A stretch of DNA of 64,000 nt from Candidatus Omnitrophota bacterium (GCA_015494465.1 WGBD01000004.1:132627-196626), one strand, 5' to 3'; positions 37,401 to 47,559 are shown, numbered from the stretch's first letter. The notes: a model not told the origin generated them from the sequence alone. Program-made: numbers and translations.

Positions 37401-37446
37401 CTACCAACTCCACGGGTTTTGAGGTGGGACAGGACCTATCCCTGGC

Positions 37447-38223
37447 CTACTCCATAAAGACGACCCTGACCTGTTCGCCAATGCCCAGATTGACCTCTTC
37501 GGGGACATCCATGGTGACCATGTTCCTGCGCACCGTGTCGAAGACCGTAACGAAGCTCTGGCCTTCTTCCGTAGTTATCTTTGCCCTAGCTCCCGCGCTC
37601 AGAGACACCCCCCTCGGGAAGGACAACACCGCAAAGCCGTACTGTTTGTTAACCCTGAGCACCCGAGCCAGGAGGTTATCACCCGTAGGGCTTGCAGGCT
37701 CTTTCCCTACCACTATCTTACCCAACGACACCGTCTCCTCTTTGGCAGACACGGGGCCAGAGGGACCTTTCGATTTAGCCGTCTTGAGGTACTGACGCAT
37801 GTACTGTTCCACGCTAAACAACCTGTAGCGGGTCCTCATCAACTCCTTCTTAAGTCGAGCTATCTGCATGGACTTCTCGTTCAAGGCGGAGTCTACATCT
37901 GCGAACTCGCTCTTCAGGTCTTCCAGGTCCTGGATCAACTCGTTCTTCTCCTCCTTCAGGTCCTTTATCTCGTCTAGCAATTTCTCTATCTTGGCCTTGT
38001 ACTCTTCCAGTCGACCTTTCATCTCAGAGAGTCTCTTCTCCTTATCCTCCACCTTTACCTTCCAGAGCTCCAAGGAGTTCTTTAGGGTCTGGACCTTCTG
38101 CTCCAGCTCCGACTTCGCCACCCGCTCGTTAAGGAACTGGACGACGAAATATACCGAAGCCCCGGTAGAGGCCAAGAACAACAAAAATACCACTACGACT
38201 AATACCTTCTCCCGCTTCGTCAT
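37447..38223 (-). CDS. Membrane-anchored coiled-coil protein with a C-terminal beta-rich domain.
   Basis: N-terminal transmembrane helix and a long heptad region (KVQTLKNSLELWKVKVEDKEKRLSEMK...). Confidence 0.4.
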   Translation of the reverse strand: MTKREKVLVVVVFLLFLASTGASVYFVVQFLNERVAKSELEQKVQTLKNSLELWKVKVEDKEKRLSEMKGRLEEYKAKIEKLLDEIKDLKEEKNELIQDLEDLKSEFADVDSALNEKSMQIARLKKELMRTRYRLFSVEQYMRQYLKTAKSKGPSGPVSAKEETVSLGKIVVGKEPASPTGDNLLARVLRVNKQYGFAVLSFPRGVSLSAGARAKITTEEGQSFVTVFDTVRRNMVTMDVPEEVNLGIGEQVRVVFME

Positions 38224-38241
38224 AGCCCCTCCTTTGCCCGC

Positions 38242-39051
38242 TTAAGAGAGAAAAAGACACCCAAAATACCCAACCACCTGATCGTAATCCCCGCTGGCTT
38301 CGGCGCTGGTCTTGTGCCCGATCACCTTTGCGTCCACCTGATTCAGCCCCTGCAAGAGAGAAAGTAGCATCATCGTAGGATAGACCCCACACATAGATAT
38401 ATCATAAGTTTCCACAACATTAAACAACTTTTCTGGATCGATCTCCAAGATCGCCTCGATCGCCAGCTCGTCCTTTTTCAAGGTGGTCTCGTGATCCTCG
38501 TAATGGTTCATGTCCGAGCTGACGAGCCAAACGATCCGCCCCTCAAACATCGCCTGGACCTTCTGCAAGGCCCTTCCCAAGGCCAGGTAAAAACCCAACG
38601 GTGCACCTGCCATCACCGTTATCGGGACTATCCTGGCCTTCGGGTGAAAGACCTGGATTATGGGCAACTGGACCTCGATAGAATGCTCGTAGAGGTGGGC
38701 ACTGTCGTCGAGCTCCATACCATCTATCTCGAGTATAGCGGACCTGACCTCGTGGTCCACCTCCACATCTCCCAAAGGGGTGCGCCAAACATCTGCGGAA
38801 GAAACCGAACACAACTGCCCCAATCCGGTGTGATTGGGACCCATGATGACGAAGACATCCCTCTCCCCCATACTAGAGATCACTTTGCAGGCTAGATCCC
38901 CGCTGAAGATGTAGCCTGCGTGAGGGCTTATCCCTCCAATCGCATCCGCATACCTCTTTCCACTACCCTGACTGGAGATCCAACGCCGGAGGTGGAGCGG
39001 ATCTCCAGGATAAAACCGACCCGCTACGACCGGATTCCGTATCCTTTTCAT
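38242..39051 (-). CDS. MEMO1-family protein (AmmeMemoRadiSam system protein B).
   Basis: RNPVVAGRFYPGDP N-terminus and HAGYIFSG are Memo hallmarks. Confidence 0.75.
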   Translation of the reverse strand: MKRIRNPVVAGRFYPGDPLHLRRWISSQGSGKRYADAIGGISPHAGYIFSGDLACKVISSMGERDVFVIMGPNHTGLGQLCSVSSADVWRTPLGDVEVDHEVRSAILEIDGMELDDSAHLYEHSIEVQLPIIQVFHPKARIVPITVMAGAPLGFYLALGRALQKVQAMFEGRIVWLVSSDMNHYEDHETTLKKDELAIEAILEIDPEKLFNVVETYDISMCGVYPTMMLLSLLQGLNQVDAKVIGHKTSAEASGDYDQVVGYFGCLFLS

Positions 39052-39082
39052 GTCTTTATGATACCACTAGTAGAGCAAACAT

Positions 39083-39115
39083 AAAAGGCGAAGCCTCAAC
39101 GACTTCGCCTTTCTT
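39083..39115 (-). terminator. Hairpin terminator separating the exopolysaccharide locus from the Memo gene (bidirectional geometry).
   Basis: GGCGAAG-9 nt-CTTCGCC flanked by AAAA / TTTCTT. Confidence 0.5.
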
Positions 39116-39418
39116 GGGTGCATTATTGGGGACGAGGCGCTTAACCTCTCTTCCTCCTCCCTAGGTCTAGGAGGCCCAAGCCAGAGAGGAGCAACAGCCC
39201 CCTGGCCGGCTCAGAAACCACGCCTGGGGTACCTTAAAGTCACATCGTCTATGTAGACCCAGGATTGGACCGCTACATCTGTCTCGTTCCCAGCAACTTC
39301 CTTACCATTTGACAAATTCCAACCCAATTCATTGACCCTAAAGGAGATAACAAACCACGGGCTTTGAAAGACATTCAGGGCGTACCGTAAAGAATCGTCG
39401 ACATCCTGTAAAGAATAA

Positions 39419-40276
39419 TTACACCGAGCGAGAAGTGGATTGGTAGTAGTGATAGGGATCCGGGCGTCTCATGGTAGGTACGTAGTAGAATATCCCGTTA
39501 AGGGCGAAGTATATGTCCGAACAGCCGGAGTCCTTCAGGAGCTGGACCGCGTGCTTCACACTCCCCCGGGGGGTGTGATTCATCCTTACCACCAGGATGG
39601 TGGCAGAGCAGAGCCTGGCCAAGAGGCGAGGTTCAGAGAAGATCCGCACGGGGGCACTATCCACCAACACGAAGTCAAACCTATCCCTTACTAAAGAAAA
39701 GACCTCTCCTATCCTGGATTGATCTATCTTATCCAGGGAAATCCTCTTCCCCCTGGGCATCAAAAACAGACCAGCTATCTCCGTAGAGACGATCGCCTCG
39801 TCGGGATCCAAGGACTCCAAAAGTACATCGCTAAACCCGGTCAACTTCCTCTCCGGGAGGTCGAGGTAGAACAACGAGGAATGGGGAGCACGCATGTCCG
39901 CGTCTATGTAAAGCACTTTTGCGGAAAAGTACCTGGCCAAGGTGATGGCGAGGTTTATGGAAAACAAGGTCTTCCCTTCCCCTGCCTGAGCACTGGTCAC
40001 CAGAAAGTCCTTCTTCCCCAGATGGGAAATGGTCGAGGCACTGTGGCGTAGCTCCTCGATCCCTTGGGGAAAGATCTCGTAATAAGTGAAGACCTCGGGA
40101 GAGACATCGCCAAATAGGACCTTGGGATACTTGGAGTGGGGTTTTTCGTCTCCAGCTAACCGTGGCTGAGGAGGGGTAAACTCTGAGCGTCCTCCTTCTT
40201 TGGGCCTGGTGTGCCTACCCTTCTCCCCGTCGTCTGGACTACCCATTCGCCGAAGGGCATCGGTTATTCTTCCCAT
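39419..40276 (-). CDS. BY-kinase-like P-loop ATPase (CpsD/CapB/EpsG-type polysaccharide co-polymerase kinase).
   Basis: Walker A SAQAGEGKT, Walker A'/B (LYIDADMRAP, FVLVDSAP), and a Tyr-rich C-terminus (DPYHYYQS). Confidence 0.7.
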   Translation of the reverse strand: MGRITDALRRMGSPDDGEKGRHTRPKEGGRSEFTPPQPRLAGDEKPHSKYPKVLFGDVSPEVFTYYEIFPQGIEELRHSASTISHLGKKDFLVTSAQAGEGKTLFSINLAITLARYFSAKVLYIDADMRAPHSSLFYLDLPERKLTGFSDVLLESLDPDEAIVSTEIAGLFLMPRGKRISLDKIDQSRIGEVFSLVRDRFDFVLVDSAPVRIFSEPRLLARLCSATILVVRMNHTPRGSVKHAVQLLKDSGCSDIYFALNGIFYYVPTMRRPDPYHYYQSTSRSV

Positions 40277-41145
40277 AGCGACTCTCCTATCTGGGCATTT
40301 ATGCCCATCTCTTTCAGTATCTCCTCTACCGTAAGGATCCCGATCGGCCTTTCGCCCTTGGCATAACCAGATATCAGACTGTTCTCCGCGATGACATTTA
40401 TAACCCTGGGTATGCCCTCACCAGCACTGGCTATCAGATCTATCGCCTCCGGCGTGAACACCGCCTCCGGAGACACACCGGCCCTGGAAAGGCGATGCCT
40501 CATGTAGGCAACACTGTCTTGGCGAGACAGGGGCGTGATGTGATAAGAAAAGAAGACCCTCTGCTTTATCTGACGCAGGTCCTTCCGATCCAGGAGGGTT
40601 CTTAGTTCCGGCTGCCCCACCAGGACCACCTGGAGGAGTTTCTGGGTAGAGGTCTCCAGATTAGTAAGCATCCTGACCTCTTCCAAAGCCGAAGGGGTCA
40701 GGTTCTGGGCCTCGTCTATCACCAAGACCACGGATCTACCCACCTGGTGAGCCTCGATCAGGTAATCGTAAAGTCTGCGGATCAGCCGTGCTTTCCCTTC
40801 CCTCTCCTTGTACTCTATCCCCAAATCTATCAATATGTTCTCCAGGATCTGCCTGGCGGACAAAAAGGTGTTGAGTATAAGGACTACCTCGTACTCCGGC
40901 CCCAAGGAATCCAAGACCTTGCGGACCACCGTGGTCTTACCCGATCCCACCTCCCCAGTGAGGACGATAAGGCCCTTCTTGTTTTTCACCCCATACACTA
41001 TCCGGGAAAGGGCCTCCTCGTGCACCTCGGAGAAGAAAAACATAGAGCTGTCCGGGGTGATGTCAAACGGCCTTCTCTTTAGTCCGTAAAACCTTTCGTA
41101 CATCCTTCGCCAACCTCTCTGGATCGTAGACCGAGATCTCAGCAA
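40264..41145 (-). CDS. ExeA/GspA-like AAA ATPase of the PEP-CTERM/exosortase-associated exopolysaccharide type.
   Basis: MYERFYGLKRRPF N-terminus, Walker A GEVGSGKTT, Walker B VLVIDEAQ. Confidence 0.7.
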   Translation of the reverse strand: MLRSRSTIQRGWRRMYERFYGLKRRPFDITPDSSMFFFSEVHEEALSRIVYGVKNKKGLIVLTGEVGSGKTTVVRKVLDSLGPEYEVVLILNTFLSARQILENILIDLGIEYKEREGKARLIRRLYDYLIEAHQVGRSVVLVIDEAQNLTPSALEEVRMLTNLETSTQKLLQVVLVGQPELRTLLDRKDLRQIKQRVFFSYHITPLSRQDSVAYMRHRLSRAGVSPEAVFTPEAIDLIASAGEGIPRVINVIAENSLISGYAKGERPIGILTVEEILKEMGINAQIGESLWEE

Positions 41146-42265
41146 TCACCTTGCCCATAGGGCTCAGATAATCCTTGGCATCCTGCACGCCCTTAAACGA
41201 GGTATCCAGAAGCTCCGCCAGTATCATCAGGAAAAAGCCCAGCATAAGCCCAAGGGCGATCCCGAATAGGGTGTACTTCAGCTTGTTGGGTTTTACCGGA
41301 CGGGTCGGCACCATCGGGGGATCGAGCACCCTGAACTTGAGCCCCTGCTTGGAGGACTCGAGTCGTTGAGTGATCCTAGCAGTTTCCAACCGCTTCTTCA
41401 ACATGGCGTATATCTCTTCGTTGATCTTTCTATCCTTCTCTATAGCCGACACCTCATCGTCAAGATTGTCAATATTTTCTTTAATACGGTTATACTCAGC
41501 CATAAGTTCTCTGTAGACCTTCTTTTCCTCCGGCGTAGTGGGCTCTTGGATGGCCTGGATCTCCTTTTCCTCCTCAGCCAGCTCCCGCTCCAACTTGGAG
41601 ATCTTCTTCCTCAACTCTATCACCAGCGGGTGCTTTTCCGTAGAATCCACCAACAGGTCCTCAAGCTGTTTTTTGTACTGCCGTAACTCGTCCTGCTTTA
41701 TCTTGTACTTGTATAGGGCGATCTGGTTCTTGATGAACTCTATAGCGGTACTGGCCTCCTTACCCTGGGCCTCCAGGTTCTGGGCTATGAAGTTGTCTGC
41801 AATGGTCTTCACCACATCCCTGACCATTACCGGATCCTTCCCTCGGAAAGAGATTACCACCACGCTCTTGTTCTTGGGCATGGTGACGTATATGTTCTTG
41901 CGGAGCTCAGTTATGAGCCTTTCCAGTTCCTCTCGCGTGGTTATTCCCTTGTCCAACCCGAGCTTCTTTACCAGGGCAAGCATACTATTCCAGGACAGGA
42001 TCTGCTCCTTGGTGGCGGGCAGGCGATTGTAGACACTGCTGGATACCGCCAATCCGCTTATGAGCGGGTTCATGAGCTTCTGCTCTTCCACCAGGATAGT
42101 AGTGTGGCTCACATATTCCTTGGGGACAAAATTACTGCCTATAAAGGCACCGAGCCCCAAGATCAGCGTGGGCACGATGACCAGCCACTTCCTGCGCCAA
42201 AGCACATTGAGATAAGAAAAGACATTCAGGGTTGCTTGCATGGAACGCTCCTTAATCTGACCCAT
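41063..42265 (-). CDS. Polysaccharide chain-length determinant protein (Wzz/GumC-like, PEP-CTERM locus type).
   Basis: Transmembrane helix, a periplasmic coiled coil, and a C-terminal transmembrane helix (LKYTLFGIALGLMLGFFLMIL). Confidence 0.7.
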   Translation of the reverse strand: MGQIKERSMQATLNVFSYLNVLWRRKWLVIVPTLILGLGAFIGSNFVPKEYVSHTTILVEEQKLMNPLISGLAVSSSVYNRLPATKEQILSWNSMLALVKKLGLDKGITTREELERLITELRKNIYVTMPKNKSVVVISFRGKDPVMVRDVVKTIADNFIAQNLEAQGKEASTAIEFIKNQIALYKYKIKQDELRQYKKQLEDLLVDSTEKHPLVIELRKKISKLERELAEEEKEIQAIQEPTTPEEKKVYRELMAEYNRIKENIDNLDDEVSAIEKDRKINEEIYAMLKKRLETARITQRLESSKQGLKFRVLDPPMVPTRPVKPNKLKYTLFGIALGLMLGFFLMILAELLDTSFKGVQDAKDYLSPMGKVIAEISVYDPERLAKDVRKVLRTKEKAV

Positions 42266-42986
42266 CTGCGATGTCTTTCACCACCGCAGCCTTGTAGAAT
42301 GGACTGACGATCTGGTCCAAGACCCTGGCTATCTTACTTACCGCTAGCGTGGGTACATATATTATGTCACCCGGCCTTAACATATAGTTCTGAGCGAGCA
42401 CTCCTTCGTAAAGTATCTTACATAGATCCACCTTTTTAACATAGACGACCCCTTCTTTCGTAGGTCTGATCAGCCTGGTACCGCGCATCCCGGCAGAGGG
42501 GGTCACCAATCCAGCCATGATCACCGCATCCCTAACGCTCAAACCTGCACCCTGCATGGGATACTTTCCGGGCCTTGCCACCTCGCCCATTACATACACA
42601 TACTTGCTCCTAAACTCCTGGATCCGCACCATCACCTGGGGTTGATGGATGTACTCAGTCAATAGGCCCTTTATCTTCTCTCGGAGCTCCTCTTTGGTCA
42701 GGCCCTCTACATCTATGTCCCCCAGGTACTGGTACTGGATCTTACCCTCGGGACTGATAGTGAAGGTCCCACTGAACTCGGGATGGCCTTGGACCTTTAT
42801 CTCCACTACATCTCCTGGCCCAAGGGTATAGGGAGCGGTCTCGAAGCCAAATACCCCGTCGTCTCCGGCCTTCAAATAGACCACCTTATAGGCCTTTCCC
42901 TCCTCACAACGCCCAGAAGGGACAAAACCCATCCAAACTAGGACCAGCACCCAAATCAGCTTGACTAGATCACATCCCCGTTTCAT
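42252..42986 (-). CDS. Polysaccharide export protein (Wza-like: Poly_export plus SLBB).
   Basis: Signal peptide, the LGPGDVVEIKV motif, and SLBB-like repeats. The ORF extends to 43007. Confidence 0.75.
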   Translation of the reverse strand: MKRGCDLVKLIWVLVLVWMGFVPSGRCEEGKAYKVVYLKAGDDGVFGFETAPYTLGPGDVVEIKVQGHPEFSGTFTISPEGKIQYQYLGDIDVEGLTKEELREKIKGLLTEYIHQPQVMVRIQEFRSKYVYVMGEVARPGKYPMQGAGLSVRDAVIMAGLVTPSAGMRGTRLIRPTKEGVVYVKKVDLCKILYEGVLAQNYMLRPGDIIYVPTLAVSKIARVLDQIVSPFYKAAVVKDIADGSD

Positions 42987-43065
42987 AACGGTCTCCTCCG
43001 CTTCCACATCCTATTCAGTTTACCACGCCCTTACGCATGTGCAACATTATTTTAAAAAAGTTTAA

Positions 43066-44115
43066 TTATTGTTTGATCCAACCCATCTCTTCCATCACCG
43101 CCACCGTATAAGGCAGGGTACAGGTAGTGCATATCTTCATCCGCTTGTAATTACCCTCCCAGTGGAGCCTCCGCAGGTACTGGAGGCGCTCCCCTACCCA
43201 GATCTCGTGCAGGGAGTCCTTCCAGGCATCTCCCAACCTCTCACCACCCTCGAGATCCCCACAGCAAGGCGTCACCCGTCCGTCGCACCAGACGAACAAC
43301 CTCTGCCACAGCTGGGCGCAGACGAAGTCGTCCCTCATCCTCACCGGTCTTCCCACATACCTCTGTTCGGCCTCAGGGTCCTTGCCCATGTAGTTGACAT
43401 AGTTCACATAGCTGACTATGTCTACACCCCTTTCCTCCCAGAACCTCCTAAACTCCTCTACCTCCTCCAAGTTCTCCTTCATCTTGACCATGGAGACCCT
43501 GATACAGGGGGTCTTCCTCCCGCTCTTGTCCCTCAACTTTACGAATTCCTCTACATTCCTGACCACCTCTTCGAACCTTGCCCCTACGCGGATGCTCTCG
43601 TAGCGCTCCTTGCGGATCGAATCAAAGGAGATGATCACCCTATCCACACCTGCATCTAATATCCTGCGGGCAAGATCCCCCTTTAATAGGACCCCATTGG
43701 TGTTGAACTGGACATCCACCACCCCCTTGGCCTTGGCGTAAGCGATCATCTCGGGCAACTGGGGATGGAGGAGGGGCTCCCCTCGGTAGTTCAACTTCAC
43801 TGCGTACAGGCCGTAGTCCGCCCCCTCGTCGATGCACTTTTTGTAGAGTTCCCAGTCCATGTAGCCCAGGGAGGGATCCTGGGAGGCGTCTAGGTCGGCT
43901 ATCGTGCGATAACACATGGGACAGCGCAGGTTGCAATAGGAAGTCACCTCTAGGTCCAGATTTAGGGGAAAGTCTTCGACTACGTTATTCTTGGGATTTT
44001 CCACCCACTTTCGTCTATACTCGTGGTACCTGGGCGGTGCCACCTCCTCACAGGGTAGAGGGTCCTTTAACTTCACCTCTTCGTATGTGGGATTGATCTT
44101 TACATCCTGCTTCAT
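43066..44115 (-). CDS. Radical SAM/SPASM-domain protein.
   Basis: CNLRCPMC (CxxxCxxC) and a C-terminal Cys-rich SPASM-like segment (CCGDLEGG...CTTCT). Likely start MKQDVK at 44115; the ORF extends to 44262. Confidence 0.7.
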   Translation of the reverse strand: MKQDVKINPTYEEVKLKDPLPCEEVAPPRYHEYRRKWVENPKNNVVEDFPLNLDLEVTSYCNLRCPMCYRTIADLDASQDPSLGYMDWELYKKCIDEGADYGLYAVKLNYRGEPLLHPQLPEMIAYAKAKGVVDVQFNTNGVLLKGDLARRILDAGVDRVIISFDSIRKERYESIRVGARFEEVVRNVEEFVKLRDKSGRKTPCIRVSMVKMKENLEEVEEFRRFWEERGVDIVSYVNYVNYMGKDPEAEQRYVGRPVRMRDDFVCAQLWQRLFVWCDGRVTPCCGDLEGGERLGDAWKDSLHEIWVGERLQYLRRLHWEGNYKRMKICTTCTLPYTVAVMEEMGWIKQ

Positions 44116-44120
44116 CACCG

Positions 44121-45512
44121 TTATGCCCCCTTGCGCATCTTCCTCATCCCAATCTCTGCTGCCTTTATCACCGGATAAGCGGTGGGAGGTGCGGTCAACA
44201 ACGGATGCGAACCTATCTGCATCGTCGCCAGCTGTACCACATCCATCTTTGCCTGGATACATACGCCGAGCATGTTTATCAGCTCCCCAGCGCTTATCCC
44301 ACCTATCACCTCAGCCCCCAATATGATCCCTGAATCGGGAGACAGTATCAAGCGCACATACTGGGAGTGGACATCGGGTAGTGTCCCAGGATGGCGATCG
44401 ATACCCTTAAATTCCGCTATCACTACCTCAAACCCCTCCTGGAGAGCAAACGACTCTATAAGCCCTGCTGCCGCAAAGGTGGTATCCCCTATTCTAGTGG
44501 AGAATATGGCTATAGTCCCGTTGAAGGTCTTCACCGTGGAGAGGCGGAACAGATTTACTCCAGCTATCCTGGCCTCTGCGCAGGCAGTAGAGGCCAGCAT
44601 CACCGGATTTGGCCTACGGGTTATGAAGTCCCGCTTTTCTGCACAGTCACCCACCGCGAATATGTCCTGGGTGTCGGTGCGCATGTACTCGTCTACCCTG
44701 ATGGATCCGTAAGTATTTATCCACAATCCCGCCTCCTCTGCCAGCTTGGAATTGGGCCGATATCCCATGGCCAAGATCACTGCCTCCGCAGGGACCTCCC
44801 GTCCGTCTTCCAACGAGACCGCCCGCACCTTACCGGCCTCACCTAGGATCTCCTTGACCCGAGCCCCAGTGATTATCTGGACGCCGTCTTTCTTGAGCAA
44901 TTCCTCTACTTCTCGGGCGATCAACTCGTCGAAAGCGCTGGCCAAGATGTAAGGCCTAGCCTCTACGATAGTGACATCCTTCTTCCACTTGCTCGCCAAT
45001 TCGTCGGATACCTCTACGCCGATGAACCCACCCCCTACCACCACTATCTTGTTTACTGACTTCACATAAGAGACCACCTTCTCCAATTCGTGGGCGTACT
45101 TGCTGATCGTAAACACTCCCTCTAGATCTGCACCTTTTAACCAATCCGGAACATAGGGACGCGACCCGGTAGCTATAACCAACTTTTGATACCCGATCCG
45201 CTCCCCAGACCTGCAGGTAAGGGTGTGTTCGTTGGGGTTTATGCTCTCCACCTCGTCCACGATCAGCTCTATCCCGTTGTCGGAAAATATCCTGTTGGGT
45301 ATGACATTCTTGTCCAGGGAATCCAAGGAACCGAAGAGATAAGGGATCCCACAGGGGACCATGGCTACCTCTTCCTTCCTTATCACCGCAACCGTCTTGT
45401 CAGGATAATAGGCCCTGGCGGTAGTAGCGGTCACTATACCTGAGGCACTCCCACCAATAACTACTACATCGTAACTCCTCACGGCCACCTCCCAATATTT
45501 CGGAAACGCCAC
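44121..45512 (-). CDS. FAD-dependent pyridine nucleotide-disulfide oxidoreductase (NADH oxidase/CoA-disulfide reductase family).
   Basis: VVVIGGSASG FAD motif, candidate redox Cys in AMVPCGIPY, and a second Rossmann motif IVVVGGGFIGVE. Confidence 0.75.
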   Translation of the reverse strand: MAFPKYWEVAVRSYDVVVIGGSASGIVTATTARAYYPDKTVAVIRKEEVAMVPCGIPYLFGSLDSLDKNVIPNRIFSDNGIELIVDEVESINPNEHTLTCRSGERIGYQKLVIATGSRPYVPDWLKGADLEGVFTISKYAHELEKVVSYVKSVNKIVVVGGGFIGVEVSDELASKWKKDVTIVEARPYILASAFDELIAREVEELLKKDGVQIITGARVKEILGEAGKVRAVSLEDGREVPAEAVILAMGYRPNSKLAEEAGLWINTYGSIRVDEYMRTDTQDIFAVGDCAEKRDFITRRPNPVMLASTACAEARIAGVNLFRLSTVKTFNGTIAIFSTRIGDTTFAAAGLIESFALQEGFEVVIAEFKGIDRHPGTLPDVHSQYVRLILSPDSGIILGAEVIGGISAGELINMLGVCIQAKMDVVQLATMQIGSHPLLTAPPTAYPVIKAAEIGMRKMRKGA

Positions 45513-45516
45513 CTAA

Positions 45517-47559
45517 TTACTTCTTCTTTACCCAAGCAGCCAGATCGGTGCCAACATATATCTTTATCGCATACTCACCAGACGAGGAAGGGCCTTTTAC
45601 CGTGACGAGGGAAGGGGAAGTATCGGTACCCACTGTTGCCGAGCCCACGACCGAGAGGTCACCACCTACGCTTGCGGAGTCACTGCAGGCAAAGGTACCC
45701 GTAACATCCAGACGGGCACTGGGATTCGTGTTACCCACACCCACATTGCCTCCGCCGGGCTGTAAGACCAAGGGCCTTGGGGTCCAACCCGCTGAGGCAT
45801 CCCCTGCCCCCAGCCGTCCGATGTCTGCGCCGTCGTCGTAACCCACATATACATATCCCCCGTTGCTCACTTGACGCAGTATCAACTGCTCCCCGGCGGT
45901 CAAGGGCTCCGCCACCACCTGCATCACCCCACCGTGGACATCCAAAACATAGTAAGGGGTCGTAGTGTTGATGCCTATTCTACCATTCTGGGTGTCGAAG
46001 CTCATTAGTCCCGATTCTATGGAAAGGGCGTTTTGGGTTGCGTTGACCAGATCCAGATTTATGGCGTTCTGAAGCAGGATCTGAGAGGCGGTCCCGCTCA
46101 AGGTGAGGTCGCTGTTCAATACCAATCCTCCTGAATCCGTGAAGTAGCTCGATTCACTCCCTATGTTGATTATCTTGTGGTTCCTCATGTCCAGATCGCC
46201 CTCGAAGAAGAGTCCACTGGTCACATGGAGCTCATCCGCGGTGGCATCACCCAACCAAGTGGAGCCGTCCACCTCCAGGTTCCCACTCACATAAAGGTCC
46301 TCGTCAGCGCTAGGATTGTTGAAAGCCCCCGAACCAATACGGACATCATCCCCGAACTGGGACTGCCCTGAGCTGACATCCAGTGCGGTCCCGCTATCAC
46401 TGCGGTGGATCACCAATGTGGTGGTCCCGTTAGAGATAAGTTGGCTCTGGCCTTGGACCTGTACATTACCGTTCACCTGAAAGTTGGAGTTGACTGCCAC
46501 CGTACCAGCGTCTGAAGACAAGAGAAGCTGGCCACTATTGGTGGTTATAGTGCCATTCGTGCCGTCGTGCTGGAGCAGGATGGACCGTCTGGTGGGGGGG
46601 GTGTTTCCCGTACCGGAAGATACCTCTACCAGCGAATTCACCGTATCCACCACGAAGACATCGCCGTTGTCGTTATCTTTCCTTATCAAGAGGGCTTCCG
46701 TATAGTTGGTGTCTATGGTAAGGGCATCGCCCCCCGTAGAACTAGACGAGAAGTTAACCGAACCGTCCACATGCAGGTCGCCGGTGATGTAGACATCGCC
46801 TCCGTTAAAGAAACCAGCGGGAGCGCTATCACCTACCAACAGGTTGCCGGGATGGATCTGGACGACTTTGGTACTGTCCGCACCGGAGATGGTGACATTC
46901 CCGTTTTCGTCCACATCCATTATGGTCAGACTCCCATTCACTATCTTAAACCGACTGCTCCCTGCAGATATGTCCACTATCAACTCCGCATTGCTACCCG
47001 GGAGGACACGGATGTTATCCCCCGAGGGGCTGGTGATGTCGACGCTAGGCCCGTCAAAGACGAGGCTCGACTGCAAGGTCGTGGTCCCCTGGACCGTAAG
47101 GTCCGCTTCCATCACATCGTCCACATCACTGCGCAGAAACTGAAGAGAATCGAGACCGTCTAGCTCGTCACTGTTTATACTGTAACCCACGGAAAGCAGG
47201 GGCAGTCTAGGGCTCATCTCCCCGTCGTCGTTCACCTCCACGCTCAACCAATAGGGCTTAGTAAAGTCGAGCTCCAAGGGAGTAACCTCGCCAAGATTGA
47301 GGGAAAAGTAGCCGGTCTGGTCTATCTCCACCGTCTGGGTCTCGGTCCAAAGGGGAGTCCCACCAGTCTCGGAATCGTATATACGGAAGGTGAATCTGTA
47401 AGTACCAGGGGCTATCGGTCCGTTGCTAGTCTTCGTGATCCTTCCCTGATAATGGATCTTGCGAGGGATATCTGCCTTAGCCCTAAAAGGCCAAAGCACC
47501 AAGCAAGATACGCTAAACGAAACGAGTAAAAGGATCCAAGATATCGCGCCCCTATGCAC
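45517..47559 (-). CDS. Secreted beta-helix/adhesin-like protein (Gly/Asn/Ser/Thr-rich).
   Basis: Signal peptide, then repetitive G/N/S/T/D-rich beta-solenoid-like segments. No PEP-CTERM tail. Confidence 0.5.
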   Translation of the reverse strand: MHRGAISWILLLVSFSVSCLVLWPFRAKADIPRKIHYQGRITKTSNGPIAPGTYRFTFRIYDSETGGTPLWTETQTVEIDQTGYFSLNLGEVTPLELDFTKPYWLSVEVNDDGEMSPRLPLLSVGYSINSDELDGLDSLQFLRSDVDDVMEADLTVQGTTTLQSSLVFDGPSVDITSPSGDNIRVLPGSNAELIVDISAGSSRFKIVNGSLTIMDVDENGNVTISGADSTKVVQIHPGNLLVGDSAPAGFFNGGDVYITGDLHVDGSVNFSSSSTGGDALTIDTNYTEALLIRKDNDNGDVFVVDTVNSLVEVSSGTGNTPPTRRSILLQHDGTNGTITTNSGQLLLSSDAGTVAVNSNFQVNGNVQVQGQSQLISNGTTTLVIHRSDSGTALDVSSGQSQFGDDVRIGSGAFNNPSADEDLYVSGNLEVDGSTWLGDATADELHVTSGLFFEGDLDMRNHKIINIGSESSYFTDSGGLVLNSDLTLSGTASQILLQNAINLDLVNATQNALSIESGLMSFDTQNGRIGINTTTPYYVLDVHGGVMQVVAEPLTAGEQLILRQVSNGGYVYVGYDDGADIGRLGAGDASAGWTPRPLVLQPGGGNVGVGNTNPSARLDVTGTFACSDSASVGGDLSVVGSATVGTDTSPSLVTVKGPSSSGEYAIKIYVGTDLAAWVKKK
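46594..46601 (-). repeat. Homopolymeric G8 tract (C8 on the coding strand) inside the beta-helix protein gene.
   Basis: ggtGGGGGGGGtg on the plus strand; on the coding strand it encodes ...NTPPTRR... Confidence 0.8.
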
